Part shown: positions 22,906-36,060 of the stretch, piece by piece
Layout: every line of letters begins with the position of its first letter
Position numbering within the stretch: position 1 is the stretch's first letter
NCBI RefSeq assembly: GCF_001194135.2
Contig: NC_068998.1
Coordinates: 29,364,268-29,428,267 of the forward strand
DNA length: 64,000 nucleotides
Direction of reading: 5' to 3'
Origin: Octopus bimaculoides
Taxonomy: Eukaryota
Notes under the pieces: generated by a model
The model's input: the letters and a program-made list of their open reading frames with translations, nothing else
Database searches by the model: none
What the model was told of the DNA's origin: nothing
Made by a program: the position numbers and the translations under genes

Positions 22906-24429
22906 ATATAATATATTGCCATACCATTGAAACTTTAGGTAAATTTTGTCACTCACTTTCTTTCTCTCCTTCCCTCTCTCTCTACACACAAAAATGAAAT
23001 CTATTCTGCAATCTGGGATTATTATATCTTATATATATTATATCCAGTAATTCTAACAGGTATGAAAAAGATATTTTTGTTTTAATATTATACTTTTACT
23101 TGTTTCATACACATACACAAACTAACGTGTTTTTTTGTTTTTTTTTAGATTAATTATTTATCATTCTTTATCTCTCCACTGACTTCGATACCACTCTAAC
23201 TTCTATAACCTCTGCATTTTCATTTATTCATTTCAAACTTCTTTGAATTTTCAATCTAATGTAATCCACACTCTCGAAGAAGACGTATTTCTTCAAAATG
23301 TTATCTAAAAATATGGGTAAAGAAATAAACAACAAAAAATATTTGAAAATTGGTGGTGGTGGTGGTGGGGCTGAAATTTCCGAGACTTCCACCGCACCCC
23401 ACCCCATTTTCNNNNNNNNNNNNNNNNNNNNNNNNNNNNNNNNNNNNNNNNNNNNNNNNNNNNNNNNNNNNNNNNNNNNNNNNNNNNNNNNNNNNNNNNN
23501 NNNNNNNNNNNNNNNNNNNNNNNNNNNNNNNNNNNNNNNNNNNNNNNNNNNNNNNNNNNNNNNNNNNNNNNNNNNNNNNNNNNNNNNNNNNNNNNNNNNN
23601 NNNNNNNNNNNNNNNNNNNNNNNNNNNNNNNNNNNNNNNNNNNNNNNNNNNNNNNNNNNNNNNNNNNNNNNNNNNNNNNNNNNNNNNNNNNNNNNNNNNN
23701 NNNNNNNNNNNNNNNNNNNNNNNNNNNNNNNNNNNNNNNNNNNNNNNNNNNNNNNNNNNNNNNNNNNNNNNNNNNNNNNNNNNNNNNNNNNNNNNNNNNN
23801 NNNNNNNNNNNNNNNNNNNNNNNNNNNNNNNNNNNNNNNNNNNNNNNNNNNNNNNNNNNNNNNNNNNNNNNNNNNNNNNNNNNNNNNNNNNNNNNNNNNN
23901 NNNNNNNNNNNNNNNNNNNNNNNNNNNNNNNNNNNNNNNNNNNNNNNNNNNNNNNNNNNNNNNNNNNNNNNNNNNNNNNNNNNNNNNNNNNNNNNNNNNN
24001 NNNNNNNNNNNNNNNNNNNNNNNNNNNNNNNNNNNNNNNNNNNNNNNNNNNNNNNNNNNNNNNNNNNNNNNNNNNNNNNNNNNNNNNNNNNNNNNNNNNN
24101 NNNNNNNNNNNNNNNNNNNNNNNNNNNNNNNNNNNNNNNNNNNNNNNNNNNNNNNNNNNNNNNNNNNNNNNNNNNNNNNNNNNNNNNNNNNNNNNNNNNN
24201 NNNNNNNNNNNNNNNNNNNNNNNNNNNNNNNNNNNNNNNNNNNNNNNNNNNNNNNNNNNNNNNNNNNNNNNNNNNNNNNNNNNNNNNNNNNNNNNNNNNN
24301 NNNNNNNNNNNNNNNNNNNNNNNNNNNNNNNNNNNNNNNNNNNNNNNNNNNNNNNNNTATTAATATTTTGTTACTGTAAATAGGCAATACCAAATTATGT
24401 CCAGCAATAAATATTAAAGTTAAAGCCTG

Positions 24430-24890
24430 TGAGTTTGCTTTAGTTAGTGAGCACGCAGCTTTCCTCCAGATACGATCTCCGCGACACGAGCAGCACGCCG
24501 CACAGCCATATTGAAATGAGATCGTTTGTTTATTTTCGCACACTTTCTAGCCTCTGCACCGCGAAGGAGTACACTCAAGGCCTAAGATTCCTTGCTTGAG
24601 CATAATTGCCGTCCGCCACAATCGTAGATGCCACGGTTGCATGCAGAGTTGTCTACGAGTAGGCTAAACGTGCGCTCGGAGACTGTGATAAATCTGCTGA
24701 CATTCTAAACATTGTTTGAATTTGTCTTTAGAGATCAACCTGTTCAAGTCGGAGGTGACAAACGTGAGCTATGGTGAAGCTGAATTTCAGGACGTCGTAC
24801 TCAGCATCCAGACCGTCTTGGCGGGGGCTCGGCTGACACCAAGGAATGTTGTCTGCATTCTTGGCTTCCCAATCCTCCCTGTAAGGAACG
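24430..24890 (+). mobile_element. CRE-like RT central fragment (5' part of a split element)
   Basis: LSLEINLFKSEV...ILGFPI resembles the CRE post-YLDD pattern GLxLNxxKCE...LLGxPI; upstream motifs are very decayed. Confidence 0.55.
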
Positions 24891-26204
24891 ACCGTGTGAA
24901 CTCAAAAAAGGTGAAATGGTGACGAATGGAAAAACAGAGGACTCCTTTTATTTAATCGTGTCACACGGTCGAACACAACATATATATCAAATGATGATAT
25001 ACATGATATGTTATACGACGATAACATAGATGACCAGTAATGAAAGACCACAACCGTATTAGATGAATAACAGAGATATTTATTATGGCGTTAGAATGTA
25101 TGTCTGTGTGAGAGTGTGAATGCGACATATAAGAACATAATCAAAGACAGGCCGTCGTACAAAGAAAAGTATGTATGTGAGTGATACATGTGTGTGTATG
25201 TGAGTTNNNNNNNNNNNNNNNNNNNNNNNNNNNNNNNNNNNNNNNNNNNNNNNNNNNNNNNNNNNNNNNNNNNNNNNNNNNNNNNNNNNNNNNNNNNNNN
25301 NNNNNNNNNNNNNNNNNNNNNNNNNNNNNNNNNNNNNNNNNNNNNNNNNNNNNNNNNNNNNNNNNNNNNNNNNNNNNNNNNNNNNNNNNNNNNNNNNNNN
25401 NNNNNNNNNNNNNNNNNNNNNNNNNNNNNNNNNNNNNNNNNNNNNNNNNNNNNNNNNNNNNNNNNNNNNNNNNNNNNNNNNNNNNNNNNNNNNNNNNNNN
25501 NNNNNNNNNNNNNNNNNNNNNNNNNNNNNNNNNNNNNNNNNNNNNNNNNNNNNNNNNNNNNNNNNNNNNNNNNNNNNNNNNNNNNNNNNNNNNNNNNNNN
25601 NNNNNNNNNNNNNNNNNNNNNNNNNNNNNNNNNNNNNNNNNNNNNNNNNNNNNNNNNNNNNNNNNNNNNNNNNNNNNNNNNNNNNNNNNNNNNNNNNNNN
25701 NNNNNNNNNNNNNNNNNNNNNNNNNNNNNNNNNNNNNNNNNNNNNNNNNNNNNNNNNNNNNNNNNNNNNNNNNNNNNNNNNNNNNNNNNNNNNNNNNNNN
25801 NNNNNNNNNNNNNNNNNNNNNNNNNNNNNNNNNNNNNNNNNNNNNNNNNNTGCTGCTGTCGTGTGGTACACGGAACAGATCTCAAAGAGAAACTGGACCG
25901 AGACCAATTTGTTGGGTATGAGTTAAATCTATTTATAACAAACTATCGGCTCCCGAAGGCTTCAGTTTAATACTCTATCACGTGACCTTATTAGGGGCTG
26001 TGATTGGTCAGTTTGCGTTCTGGCGGGAACGGTTCGAAGAAGTTGCCGATTCGAATAATGATCAGTCACGTGATGACAAGGTTAATGTTTTCCGCTACGT
26101 TCGCGTTTGTTTATATTTAAATGAGAAGAATGGCGATAGCAGTTTTGTATCTAATGGCGATAGGTAGTTTTGTATGTAATGGCGATCGAGGTGTTAGTTT
26201 CACT

Positions 26205-27459
26205 ACATCCCGATAGCCATAACGGAGTACCTGGAGACCAAGATTACTGGCTTATCCTGGATGACTGAGAGACTGCACCTCATTAACGCGCACCCGGCAT
26301 CTTCCTCTTGAGGAAATGTTTTGCTCTGCCTAAGCTTGTTTTCTCACTATTCAATGTACCATGTCACTCTCTCATAAACCGTGTCAGTAATATCAATGGC
26401 ACTGTGCTGAACTGATCTGCAATATCAGTTTTGACAGTGCCGGCTGGCAACATGGTACACTGCCTGTTAGATTCGGTGGTCTTGGTCTCCCTTCCGCATT
26501 AGACTTATCTTTTCTCGGTCTCCTCCAGCCGCATCCTCATCGGCGAGAGGCCTTGCCATCCCCCAGAACACGGATGTCCAACGTAACTTGGATGACATCA
26601 GATGCAAGTCTATTTTCAAGTGGATTGAGACATCACTAAACCAGCACCGCATCACAGCCAAACAGCGGCGCATGGCTCAATTCGGTGCCTTCCTCATCTA
26701 TTGGTACCTTTCAGGATGATAAATGCACCTGTATTGGAGTGGCCCAATGTCTCGGTCTCTGCGTGTTTGAGTTTCACAAATACCGTTGTGGAGCTGTAGT
26801 CAATGAATTCAGCCAGCATCCATCATCCTGCGGTCTTAACGCCGATCGATTCTCACGACACGCCGCTCTCAATGACATAATTAGAAGGGGCCTAGAGGCG
26901 GCTGGCTTCCCGTTTTAACTGGAGCCAGTAAGTCTTAACCGCGGAGACGGTAAGCGCCCCGATAGAATAACCTTCTTCCCATTCGAGGGAGGCACGTTAT
27001 CCGGCTCCATCCTCACTTCATCGGCTGCAAACCCGAGTATTGCCACTCGTAACACAAAAGAGATAAAAATAAACAAATACAGGAGCCTGACCAGTCGCTA
27101 TAAGTTTGTGCTGGTCAGCCTCTTGACGTCAGGTGTTCTCAGACCCCGTACTGCCGATTTCCTTCGCAAAATCGGGATAACAGCGACCCGTCTGAGAAAT
27201 GAGCCCCTGGAGGTGGAGTGGCTGTTGCAACGAGTATCGCTGCCCATTCTCCGCGGTAACGCCATCACGGTCATGACTGCTGAGTGCGGCTGAGCACACC
27301 ATTTGTTCTAGGTTGGATGATCCATTGCTCCCCTCCTCCTCCATCTTCTGCTGCTTAACTCCCTCTTTTTTCTTTTTTTTTTTGTATTTAAATGTTATAA
27401 TTTAAAATGTGATCAATTGGTTTAAAATAAAAATATACTATCACTTATATAAAAAAAAA
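26205..27459 (+). mobile_element. CRE-clade retroelement 3' part (RT C-terminus, CCHC, RLE, 3'UTR, poly-A)
   Basis: MTERLHLINAH, FLLRKCFALPKL, GWQHGTLPVRFGGLGL, YRCGAVVNEFSQHPSSC, RHAALNDIIRRGL, EPVSLNRGDGKRPD, WLLQRVSLPILRGNA; AATAAA at ~27427 and A9 at 27451-27459. Confidence 0.88.
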
Positions 27460-27789
27460 TCAATCAACAGTGAGAAATTGCTAGTGAAAACGTGACGTTA
27501 TGAGTAAAATCATGAGACTTGGGAAGTCTGATATTCATTATATGCAATGACGCACATGCCCTGTACGTCTAACACAATATTAATTTGTTGATTGTGCACA
27601 TGTAAATACATTGTGGTGGTAAATAAAATATTTGGAAACTCAAATGAATCTTAGTGTTGTTATTGTCAACACACGCAACCTAACAGCCTACTTGAAAGAA
27701 CTGCCAGAAAAGAAGATAAGACCTACAACTACACAACAAATGTTTTACGACCAAAAGAGCGAAATAGTTCGATGAAACTTCAGTAGAAA

Positions 27790-27880
27790 CTCTGTTATGA
27801 TGTAAGTGGAACCCAGACTGTCAGTGTAAGGAATTTTATAACCAAGTTGTGCAAAACAAGGACCTGCTAAAAGAATTTTG
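27790..27880 (+). mobile_element. hAT transposase C-terminal remnant
   Basis: CKWNPDCQCKEFYNQVVQNKDLLKEF; DNA similar to 31250-31280 (CTGTCAGT(G/A)(T/C)AAGGAATTTT). Confidence 0.5.
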
Positions 27881-28068
27881 TGATTTTTGTTGGTATACAA
27901 TATTTTTCAGTTCTCTCACATTTTAAATTCGTCGAATCTTTGAAATAAAGGCAGTTGAGAGAATCTTCACTTTATTCAAAGCTCTGATAACTTTAATTCC
28001 GAAGACTCAGAAAATTCTCGATTTTTTTTTTCAGTAATCCATTGCGCGAATATTATTTCTTATTCATA

Positions 28069-28870
28069 TTAGGTCGTCAAGTATGAAAGTTGTAGTAAGG
28101 TATATAATAAACTTTGACAGCTGCTCATTTTGCGCCATTATTATATTTTGACAATCTTTATATTTTGTTAGAAACTGACACATCCATTTCTTTATTCTAA
28201 GACTTTATAAAGTATTTATAAATCGTTTTTTGTTATTTTTGTTTAGAGATGGATAAACCAGAAATTCGTACAGTTTTGAAATATGAGTTCTTTCTTGGAA
28301 ATACAGCATCACAGACAGTTCGGAATATTAATGGAGTATTTCATTCTAATCTTATTACACAGCAGACAGTATCAAATTGGTTTGCAAAATTTTCTTCTAG
28401 TAACTTTGACCTCACAAATGAGCAACGCGGTCGACTAGAATTAAAGTGGATAATGACGAACTGAAAGCCACCGTTGAATCAGATCCATCTCAAAGTGCCC
28501 GTGGATTATTGTTGTTGTTTGGTGTTAGCAACTAAACAATTTTGACTCACTTAGTTCAAATCGGTAAGGTGAAGAAGTTGTATAAGTGGGTTCCACATGA
28601 ACTCAATGAAAATAGCATTGGCGAAACTACAGGATTTGGAGTTGCAAGTTCTCCATCATCCACCGTACTCACTTGATCTTGTCCCCATTGACTACCACTT
28701 CTTCCAGAATTTGGATAACTTTTTGATAGGAAAGGAATTTAATTCCGATGATGCTGTAAAACATGCTTTCCAAGATTTTATTGACTCTAGATTGCCAGGC
28801 TTTTGCAGTTCCAGGCTGGACAAACTACCGCTGAAATGGCAATATGGGTGCATACCTTGATGAATAAAAC
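28069..28870 (+). mobile_element. Internally deleted mariner
   Basis: TA|TTAGGT left end; MDKPEIRTVLKYEF...WFAKFSSSNFDLTNEQRGR (HTH), KWVPHEL fused to LHHPPYSLDLVPIDYHFFQNLDNFL; the catalytic middle is missing. Confidence 0.9.
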
Positions 28871-29499
28871 TATTCCTTGTGTTTATAAAACATTAGCAAG
28901 CTTTTTTTCCTCTTCTACAAATTTCATACTTGACAACCTAATAGTTTTCAATTTCTATTCGGAAATGGACAAGGCCGGATTAATCCCTAAGCGCTTAAAA
29001 GATTTAGGTGCCCCTATATATATGTAATTAGGGAAATAATGTTTATTTTTGTATACTTTTTCAATTGCAAAGTCTTTGGTCAGATCCCCAAAATTAATCT
29101 TACGTAACACATCTGCTTTTATACTTACTAAAGATAAAGCTTCCCGATATTATTTTAGCAAGCAAATTTAGAGCGATTATTTTGTGCCGTAAGCCATTTA
29201 CAATTTCTTTCGTGTCCTTCCCCTTCCCTTAATATCATAAGCACGTGCTTATTTTGCTTAATGGTTAATCCCGCACTGGAAACAGGATTATGTACATTGA
29301 AAAACTAACAAACTTCATTGTTTAAAGGAACTTGTTAGCTGCGTAAAAGAGAGAGTTAATGAAAAATTTAACCTTCTAAGTGTTAGGACTTGCCTTGATT
29401 GTAACTACTACGTTTGTACAGAAAAGAAATTCCAAATTGAAGTGGATAACTATAACGGTACGTGATGACTATCTTGTGGAAGAAATTTTATCTCGAAGA

Positions 29500-31300
29500 A
29501 TTTGATAGTTTTACATGGATGTTACTAAATGCTCTTCCAGCATGGGAATAAGTGGACTCATTGTGTGTAGTGATAGATGAACACTGGATAAAAATTGACA
29601 ACAATGTTTTTTGTCAGTGGTCAGCATTTAGAATGAAGAAATGTAAGGTAAAACTGAATGATGAAAAAGCAAGCTATGGCATGAAAAATGGCTTTCTGTT
29701 CTTCAACAAACTGAATTTGAAGGGCAATCCTGAAGAGCAGCTATTTTTATGCCAATACTTGTTCAGCATACCGGCTCATAATGTTATTGCTCAGCGTGTT
29801 TTCTCGTTAATGAATGTTTAATTGCCAAAAGAGCGTAATAAGTTGGATGCAACTTTAATAGAAGCGATGTTATACAGGTTGGAGCAGAGAGGACGGCCGT
29901 TTCTGAAAAATTCACAAAATCATTAATTTTTGCTGGAAACAAATTTTATTGACATCAATGTGTTCGTATTGAATTAGCATTTATCAAACTCAAGTGTGGG
30001 GAAAACAACATCCATCATGCGGTGTCCGTTTTCATTGATGCATTTCTGAAAGCGTTCTTGGAAGTTGGCCCCCTACTTTCTCCAGCATTGCTCTGTCGAT
30101 TTGAGCGACTTCCACGCGAATAGTTTCTTTTAAATCGTCCAATGTACGCAATGTACAGGGCTTATGCGCGTACACACGGGCCTTGAGGTTTCCCACTAGA
30201 AATNNNNNNNNNNNNNNNNNNNNNNNNNNNNNNNNNNNNNNNNNNNNNNNNNNNNNNNNNNNNNNNNNNNNNNNNNNNNNNNNNNNNNNNNNNNNNNNNN
30301 NNNNNGGGGGGGGGGAGAAATGTCAGCAAATGAGGTGGTAACCGAAGAGAGCGCGAAGAACGTCCATTGATGCACTGGCTGTGTGGGCCGTCGCCCCATC
30401 CTGCTGAAACAACGCGCGTCGAATAGGCATACGTTTTCGTCGTAATTCAGGGACAAAGTTGTTTATCATCTCGTTGTAACGCTCGGAGTTCATAGTAACA
30501 TTTTCTTTATTGTCATCAAAAAAGTAAGGATCAATGACGGCAGCTTTTCCAACAGCACACCAGACCTTCACTTTGGGGCTGTGCTCTGCTCTTTCGTGCA
30601 GTTCTCTTGGATTTTCAAGAGTCTAATAACGACAGTTCTGTTGATTTACCATGCCATTGAGATGAAAATGAGCTCCATCACTTATTAACAAAATGAGGTT
30701 GTTATTTGCCTCAAAAAGTGCTTCCATCTGATGTGCGAAGCTAAACCGCTGTGCATAGTCCCATGGTTCCAAATCTTGCCCAATTTGTATGGGTACGCCT
30801 TACCAATCGATTACCGATGCCCAGTTTAGTGGAATGCCTCCGAGCAGAGCGATTCGGACTCCGTATCAAAGCTTGTCAGACGCGTTCCACATTTTCCGGG
30901 TTCCGTACTGTTCGTGACACCCCCACTAATCCCCAATTCATTAGTGTACCTCGTGTACACTCACCCAACGAAGTTTGTGTTTCGGGTGGGAACAGCCTGA
31001 TTTCGGTGAATGTTGAAGTGACGCCGAAACTCACACTGAACTGCTGTGACAGACTCGTTATTCTTCACGTAACTGTCTTAGGCAAACACGCGATGCTCTA
31101 TCGTCCACAGCGTCATAGCTTCGCTGAAAAAAAAATGGTAAGACACCACGGACCGAATGGTACCTGTCGGACATATCTCCCACCCCATGGGGCTGAGTAA
31201 TAGCCATTTCAAAAACGTCCGTCCTCCTGCCCCACCCTGTATAAGAACCAAAACTGTCAGTACAAGGAATTTTGTAAGAACCTCATCAGTGAAATAAAAT
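29500..31300 (+). mobile_element. hAT transposase dimerisation-domain remnant, interrupted at 29875-31239
   Basis: LCQYLFSIPAHNVIAQRVFSLMNV..KERNKLD..IEAML; the frame resumes after the insert as YKNQNCQYKEFC. Confidence 0.75.
29875..31239 (-). mobile_element. Tc1/mariner-superfamily transposon, DD41D (rosa/Visitor)-like, inactive
   Basis: TIRs CAGGTTGGAGCAGAGAGGACGGCCGTTT and CAGGGTGGGGCAGGAGGACGGACGTTT; TA on both sides; YVKNNESVTAVQREFRRHFNI, SDGAHFHLNGMVNQQNCRY, KVWCAV, FQQDGATAHT. The third catalytic residue falls at the gap, so the subfamily is inferred. Confidence 0.9.
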
Positions 31301-32652
31301 ATATATATGTAAAGCTATTTATGTTGTTTTTTTTACATATTTTTGTGAAATCAATTTAATTTTAATTGCAACATGTTTAGATATGTGGACATAAGTTAGA
31401 ATTCATTTGAATATGAGATGTCCTGTATTTATGTTCATGAAACCTGGCAACAATACATACAGCCTCTCATAGTGATTAATTTGCTTAAAAACATAAAATC
31501 TCGGTATAGATATTGCCTTTGTTACCATATTAAATTCTTTGCTTACTAACTTTATATTAAACCCTACACTGATCTCTATAAACAAAAAAACTTAATACAG
31601 CAGTGATCATCATATTCATAAACATTCGTGCCAGTTGCATTGCCCTGCCTCTACGCCTATTTACACATTTCACCCCACTGATTGATAGATCAAACTTTTT
31701 TCCGAATCACAAAAGCATATATTGTTTTTTTACAGACCTCATCAACTTGCCCGCTCACAAATATACATCTTCAAACTAAATCTGCATTCAAATAAAAGTA
31801 TATAAAAAAAAGAGAGAAAAAGATAAAAACAAAAATCCTCCCTATCTCTACATTTTAAACCCAACGAATAAAAATTCCATAAAATAATATCACAGTTCGT
31901 AAGTTCATATTCAGGACGGCTGTAAAATACTGAGCATTCCCATAAACAATAAAATTGTTACCACACAAAACGCGCGAGCACGCACACGCACACAACTCTG
32001 GGTTTAGATATTTCACATTTATAAACAATTAGTCGAAAATTAATGAACACCTGACACCCCTACCTAAAACAAAATCTTTCTTGCTTCCGAATAAACGTAC
32101 TACCATTTAAGCAAGACAGTCATGCGGATTTTCTTTCCACACTTAAAGACTCATTTCGATATGCAGCTCACGTCGGTTATATTTATTTTGGTAATCTTAA
32201 GTTTCTTTAAAATAATCTCATAAATGGCAAGATATCCTGTCTTAAATTAAATGGATTGGCGAAAATGTAGAGTAGGAATCAGTTATAAAAGAAATTGGAA
32301 GATTTTAATGTAAACGATATTAAGCATAATATATATGTAAACAACCACTTAAATTTGATTATCATTTCACACTTTCGTTTATAATATGAATAATATGTAT
32401 ACATATATGTAAAATCTGTAGACGTTAGTTTATAATTTATCCAAACATTCGTGCAGTAAGCCTATTTTTGAATTCGTTTTTCGGCAAATTCTCTCTTTCT
32501 CTTTGGTTTTTCGTTCCGTTTCGAAAAAGCCATTACGGGAAGTTATATTAACCAATAGAAAGCCTATACCAAAGCAGAAAGGAGACTTTATCAGCCCCTC
32601 TATTTTTTTGCGAATGATTGTCCAAAAGGTAACATATTTCTGCAGTTATGCA

Positions 32653-32654
<2 letters not shown>

Positions 32655-32693
<39 letters not shown>

Positions 32694-33168
32694 TTAATGA
32701 GAGAGTGAACTATATATATATATAAATGTGTGTTCATACACACATGTATGTGTGTGTTCATTGCACGTTCAAATATAGGTTTTTTGTGAATTAGAGCTAC
32801 ACGACATATTGAGTTTGTTGTTTATTTTCTTTCATTTGTCTTTATTGTGAAGAAAAGGCTTCAAAAATACAAAAAGCAAACAAAAAAATTAAATTCGTAG
32901 TCATTGTGTATGTGTATATATATATATTTCGTGTTAATCAGTTTGTCGAGTACTTTTACTCCTGGCGAGGGTTCTTTTGCTAGTTCTGCAAAGCTTTGAG
33001 ATCTCTCAGGCAACAAAGACAAGGGAAAACAAAACTGGACAAGAATTACTAAACTATATATTAGATTGTACTACTGTTACTACACTAATGTATTATACTC
33101 ATTACTAGGCTACTGTATTGCGCACACAAACACATATATGATTATAATAGTCCCATATTGGTTTGTGT

Positions 33169-33234
<66 letters not shown>

Positions 33235-33240
33235 TATATA
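32655..33240. repeat. Cluster of (TA)n, (CA)n and (TG)n microsatellites
   Basis: Direct inspection, e.g. 32655-32692 and 33171-33240. Confidence 0.9.
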
Positions 33241-34354
33241 TAGTACTTTTTGTGCTCAATTACAGTCGCTCTAAAAAAATATCTATTCGTATGTTTATCG
33301 GTGTGTGTATTGGGGTGAAGAAATGTGTGTGCTTTGGTGGGTGGAGAATAGTTGGATGGAAATAAGAATTCTTGGTTTGGGAAAAAACAGATATGCATAT
33401 TGTGTGTGTATGAAGGACTGTAAGAGAAAATAGAAATTGAAGTCGATGAATATGTTGGTATGTGTGTGGAGGACAGTAATCGGTGTGTATGTATCGATCT
33501 TGGTGCGTATGTGTATCGATCTCTGCGCATGTGCTTGTGTGTACATGTTGTAGTGGTAGTAACGAAGGGAATGTTCAGAGTGTTTTAACAAGGGAGGGAA
33601 GAAAGTAGAAGGCATGAGACAAAGATATATTGGGTCTGATCCGTGGCGTCATGGCGTCGGCTTTTACTTGTACTTTCCCTACTCCCACTTTTTTTTTAGC
33701 CTTTAACTCTTGTTCAGAGCACCGCTTACCAATAATTCTATAATTCCAGCTTTATTAGTTACTCAGATCCTGGGAAAAGGCTTGAACTCCACTATTATTT
33801 TCTTTCTCGAAAATCATGCTTATGTAATAGTAATCATTTTTAGTTTAAACCAGATCAAAGAAGGCATGAGCGTCACACAATCGCATCCACTTTTATTAAT
33901 TTATGGCATTGTGTCTGAATAAGAAATCAATATTGGTTGTAGTAATGGTGGTTGCAACACCAGAATATTATTTAGGGTAACTGTAGTGCTATGATAAAAT
34001 TATTAACGCATCCAATCCGTTGTTCTCGCATCACTTAGTTGCTACTCCTAGACATAGCTATAAACGTCAAAAATTTCAATTCTTTCCATTGTCACTGTTT
34101 CCTTGTTACTATCCTGACGAATTTATCACAGGTGAAGCTGTGTAAGTGCTTGGTGAAACTAGTTTGTAACCCAGGTTTTGAATTTTGATTCCACTTGGAA
34201 TTATTTTATTTGGCTAAATGCCGTGGGATAATAAAAATTCTAAGAATTCTATACATTCGGACACTATATCTAATTCTTACAATTCTGTAATATCTTCATA
34301 GTAATACTCTATCTTAGCAAATATCACCATCTCCCACACACACATCTGTCCTAT

Positions 34355-34800
34355 ACATGCCAGCACGGAAAGTGGACGTTAAATGATGATATATATATAT
34401 TTACTACTTGTTTCAGTCATTGGACTACAGTCATGCAGGGGCACCGCCTTGAATGGTTTAGTCAAACAAATCTGTTCCACTATTTATTTTTAAGCCTGAT
34501 ACTTATTCCATTGTTCACTTTAGCCGAACTGCTGAGTTACGGGGATGTAGACAAACCAATACTGGTTGTCAAGCGGTGTTGGAGACATGCACATAATACA
34601 AAAACACGTGTCTGTGTGTGTGTATACACACACACGTACTCGACGGAACTCTTTCAGTTTCTGTCCACCAGATCCACTCACAAGTTTTTGGTTAGCCCAG
34701 GGCTATTGTAGAAGCATTTGCCAAAGGTGTCATGCAGTAGAACTGAACCAGAAACCCTCAGGTTGAGAACAAATTTCTTATCATACAACCATGACTGTGT
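34355..34800 (-). mobile_element. Diverged full-length tRNA-derived SINE (34400-34800, minus) preceded by an RTE tail remnant (34355-34390, plus)
   Basis: Reverse-complement similarity to 43495-43845 (TTTCAGTTTCTGTC, CAAATCCACTCACAAG-like, GAACTGAACCAGAAACC). Confidence 0.8.
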
Positions 34801-35730
34801 ATATTATGTATCTTAATAGGAATAGTATTATTTGGCATATGTTCATTGTTGAAAACACTACCCCCCCCCCCNNNNNNNNNNNCATATATATATATATATA
34901 TATATATATTTAATAATGAGGGTAGAAATTGATATTAACCAATTAAAACCAGTGGCCTAGCATATTTAAAAAATCCGAAGATTAAAATTATATTACATAC
35001 AAAATTAAGAAGGATGACCACCAAAAGTGGACTCCTATATGTTAGAAATAGATGTCAAATCACCTAACCACGAAGAGTATGTTCTCAAGAAAAAAATTTC
35101 AGCAAGACGCCAGACTGTGAAAATGAGTAAGACAAATGAAAATATACGAAATAAAAAAACCATTACCTACGTACCAATGGTTTCACCTGTTAATATTTGT
35201 GTGTGTGTGTATATATATATAGGAGTCCACTTTTGGTGGTAATCCNNNNNNNNNNNNNNNNNNNNNNNNNNNNNNNNNNNNNNNNNNNNNNNNNNNNNNN
35301 NNNNNNNNNNNNNNNNNNNNNNNNNNNNNNNNNNNNNNNNNNNNNNNNNNNNNNNNNNNNNNNNNNNNNNNNNNNNNNNNNNNNNNNNNNNNNNNNNNNN
35401 NNNNNNNNNNNNNNNNNNNNNNNNNNNNNNNNNNNNNNNNNNNNNNNNNNNNNNNNNNNNNNNNNNNNNNNNNNNNNNNNNNNNNNNNNNNNNNNNNNNN
35501 NNNNNNNNNNNNNNNNNNNNNNNNNNNNNNNNNNNNNNNNNNNNNNNNNNNNNNNNNNNNNNNNNNNNNNNNNNNNNNNNNNNNNNNNNNNNNNNNNNNN
35601 NNNNNNNNNNNNNNNNNNNNNNNNNNNNNNNNNNNNNNNNNNNNNNNNNNNNNNNNNNNNNNNNNNNNNNNNNNNNNNNNNNNNNNNNNNNNNNNNNNNN
35701 NNNNNNNNNNNNNNNNNNNNNNNNNNNNNN

Positions 35731-36060
35731 TGGAGCACCACCTTTAGTCGAGCAAATCAACCCCAGGACTTATTCTTTGGAAGCCTAGTACTTATTCTAT
35801 CGGTCTCTTTTGCCGAACCGCTAAGTTACGGGGACGTAAACACACCACCATCGGTTGTCAAGAGATGGTGGGGGACAAACACAGACACATATATATACGA
35901 CAGGCTTCTTTCAGTTTCTGTCTACCAAATCCACTCACAAGGCTTTGGTCGGCCTGAGGCTATAGTAGAAGACACTTGCCCAAGGTGTCACGCAGTGGGA
36001 ATGAACCCGGAACCATGTGGTTGGTAAGCAAGCTACTTACCACACAGCCACTCCTGCGCC
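35731..36060 (-). mobile_element. tRNA-derived octopod SINE, well preserved
   Basis: Near-identical reverse complement of 43495-43845, including the head GGAGTGGCTGTGTGGTAAG...GGTTCCGGGTTCATTCCC. Confidence 0.95.

Noticed and set aside
22072-25970. Long ORFs in the ORF track made mostly of X (also near 7.9, 35.2 and 56.6 kb)
   Set aside because: Artefacts of translating N gaps and (TA)n tracts.
31900-33700. Possible promoter or first exon of the zinc-finger gene (CCAAT at ~32550, scattered CpG patches)
   Set aside because: Motifs are too sparse to place a TSS without transcript data.
34105-34170. CTGACGA...GAAACTAGTT hammerhead-like arrangement
   Set aside because: Helix I does not close next to the core, helix II is offset by 7 nt, and the segment resembles a decayed SINE head.
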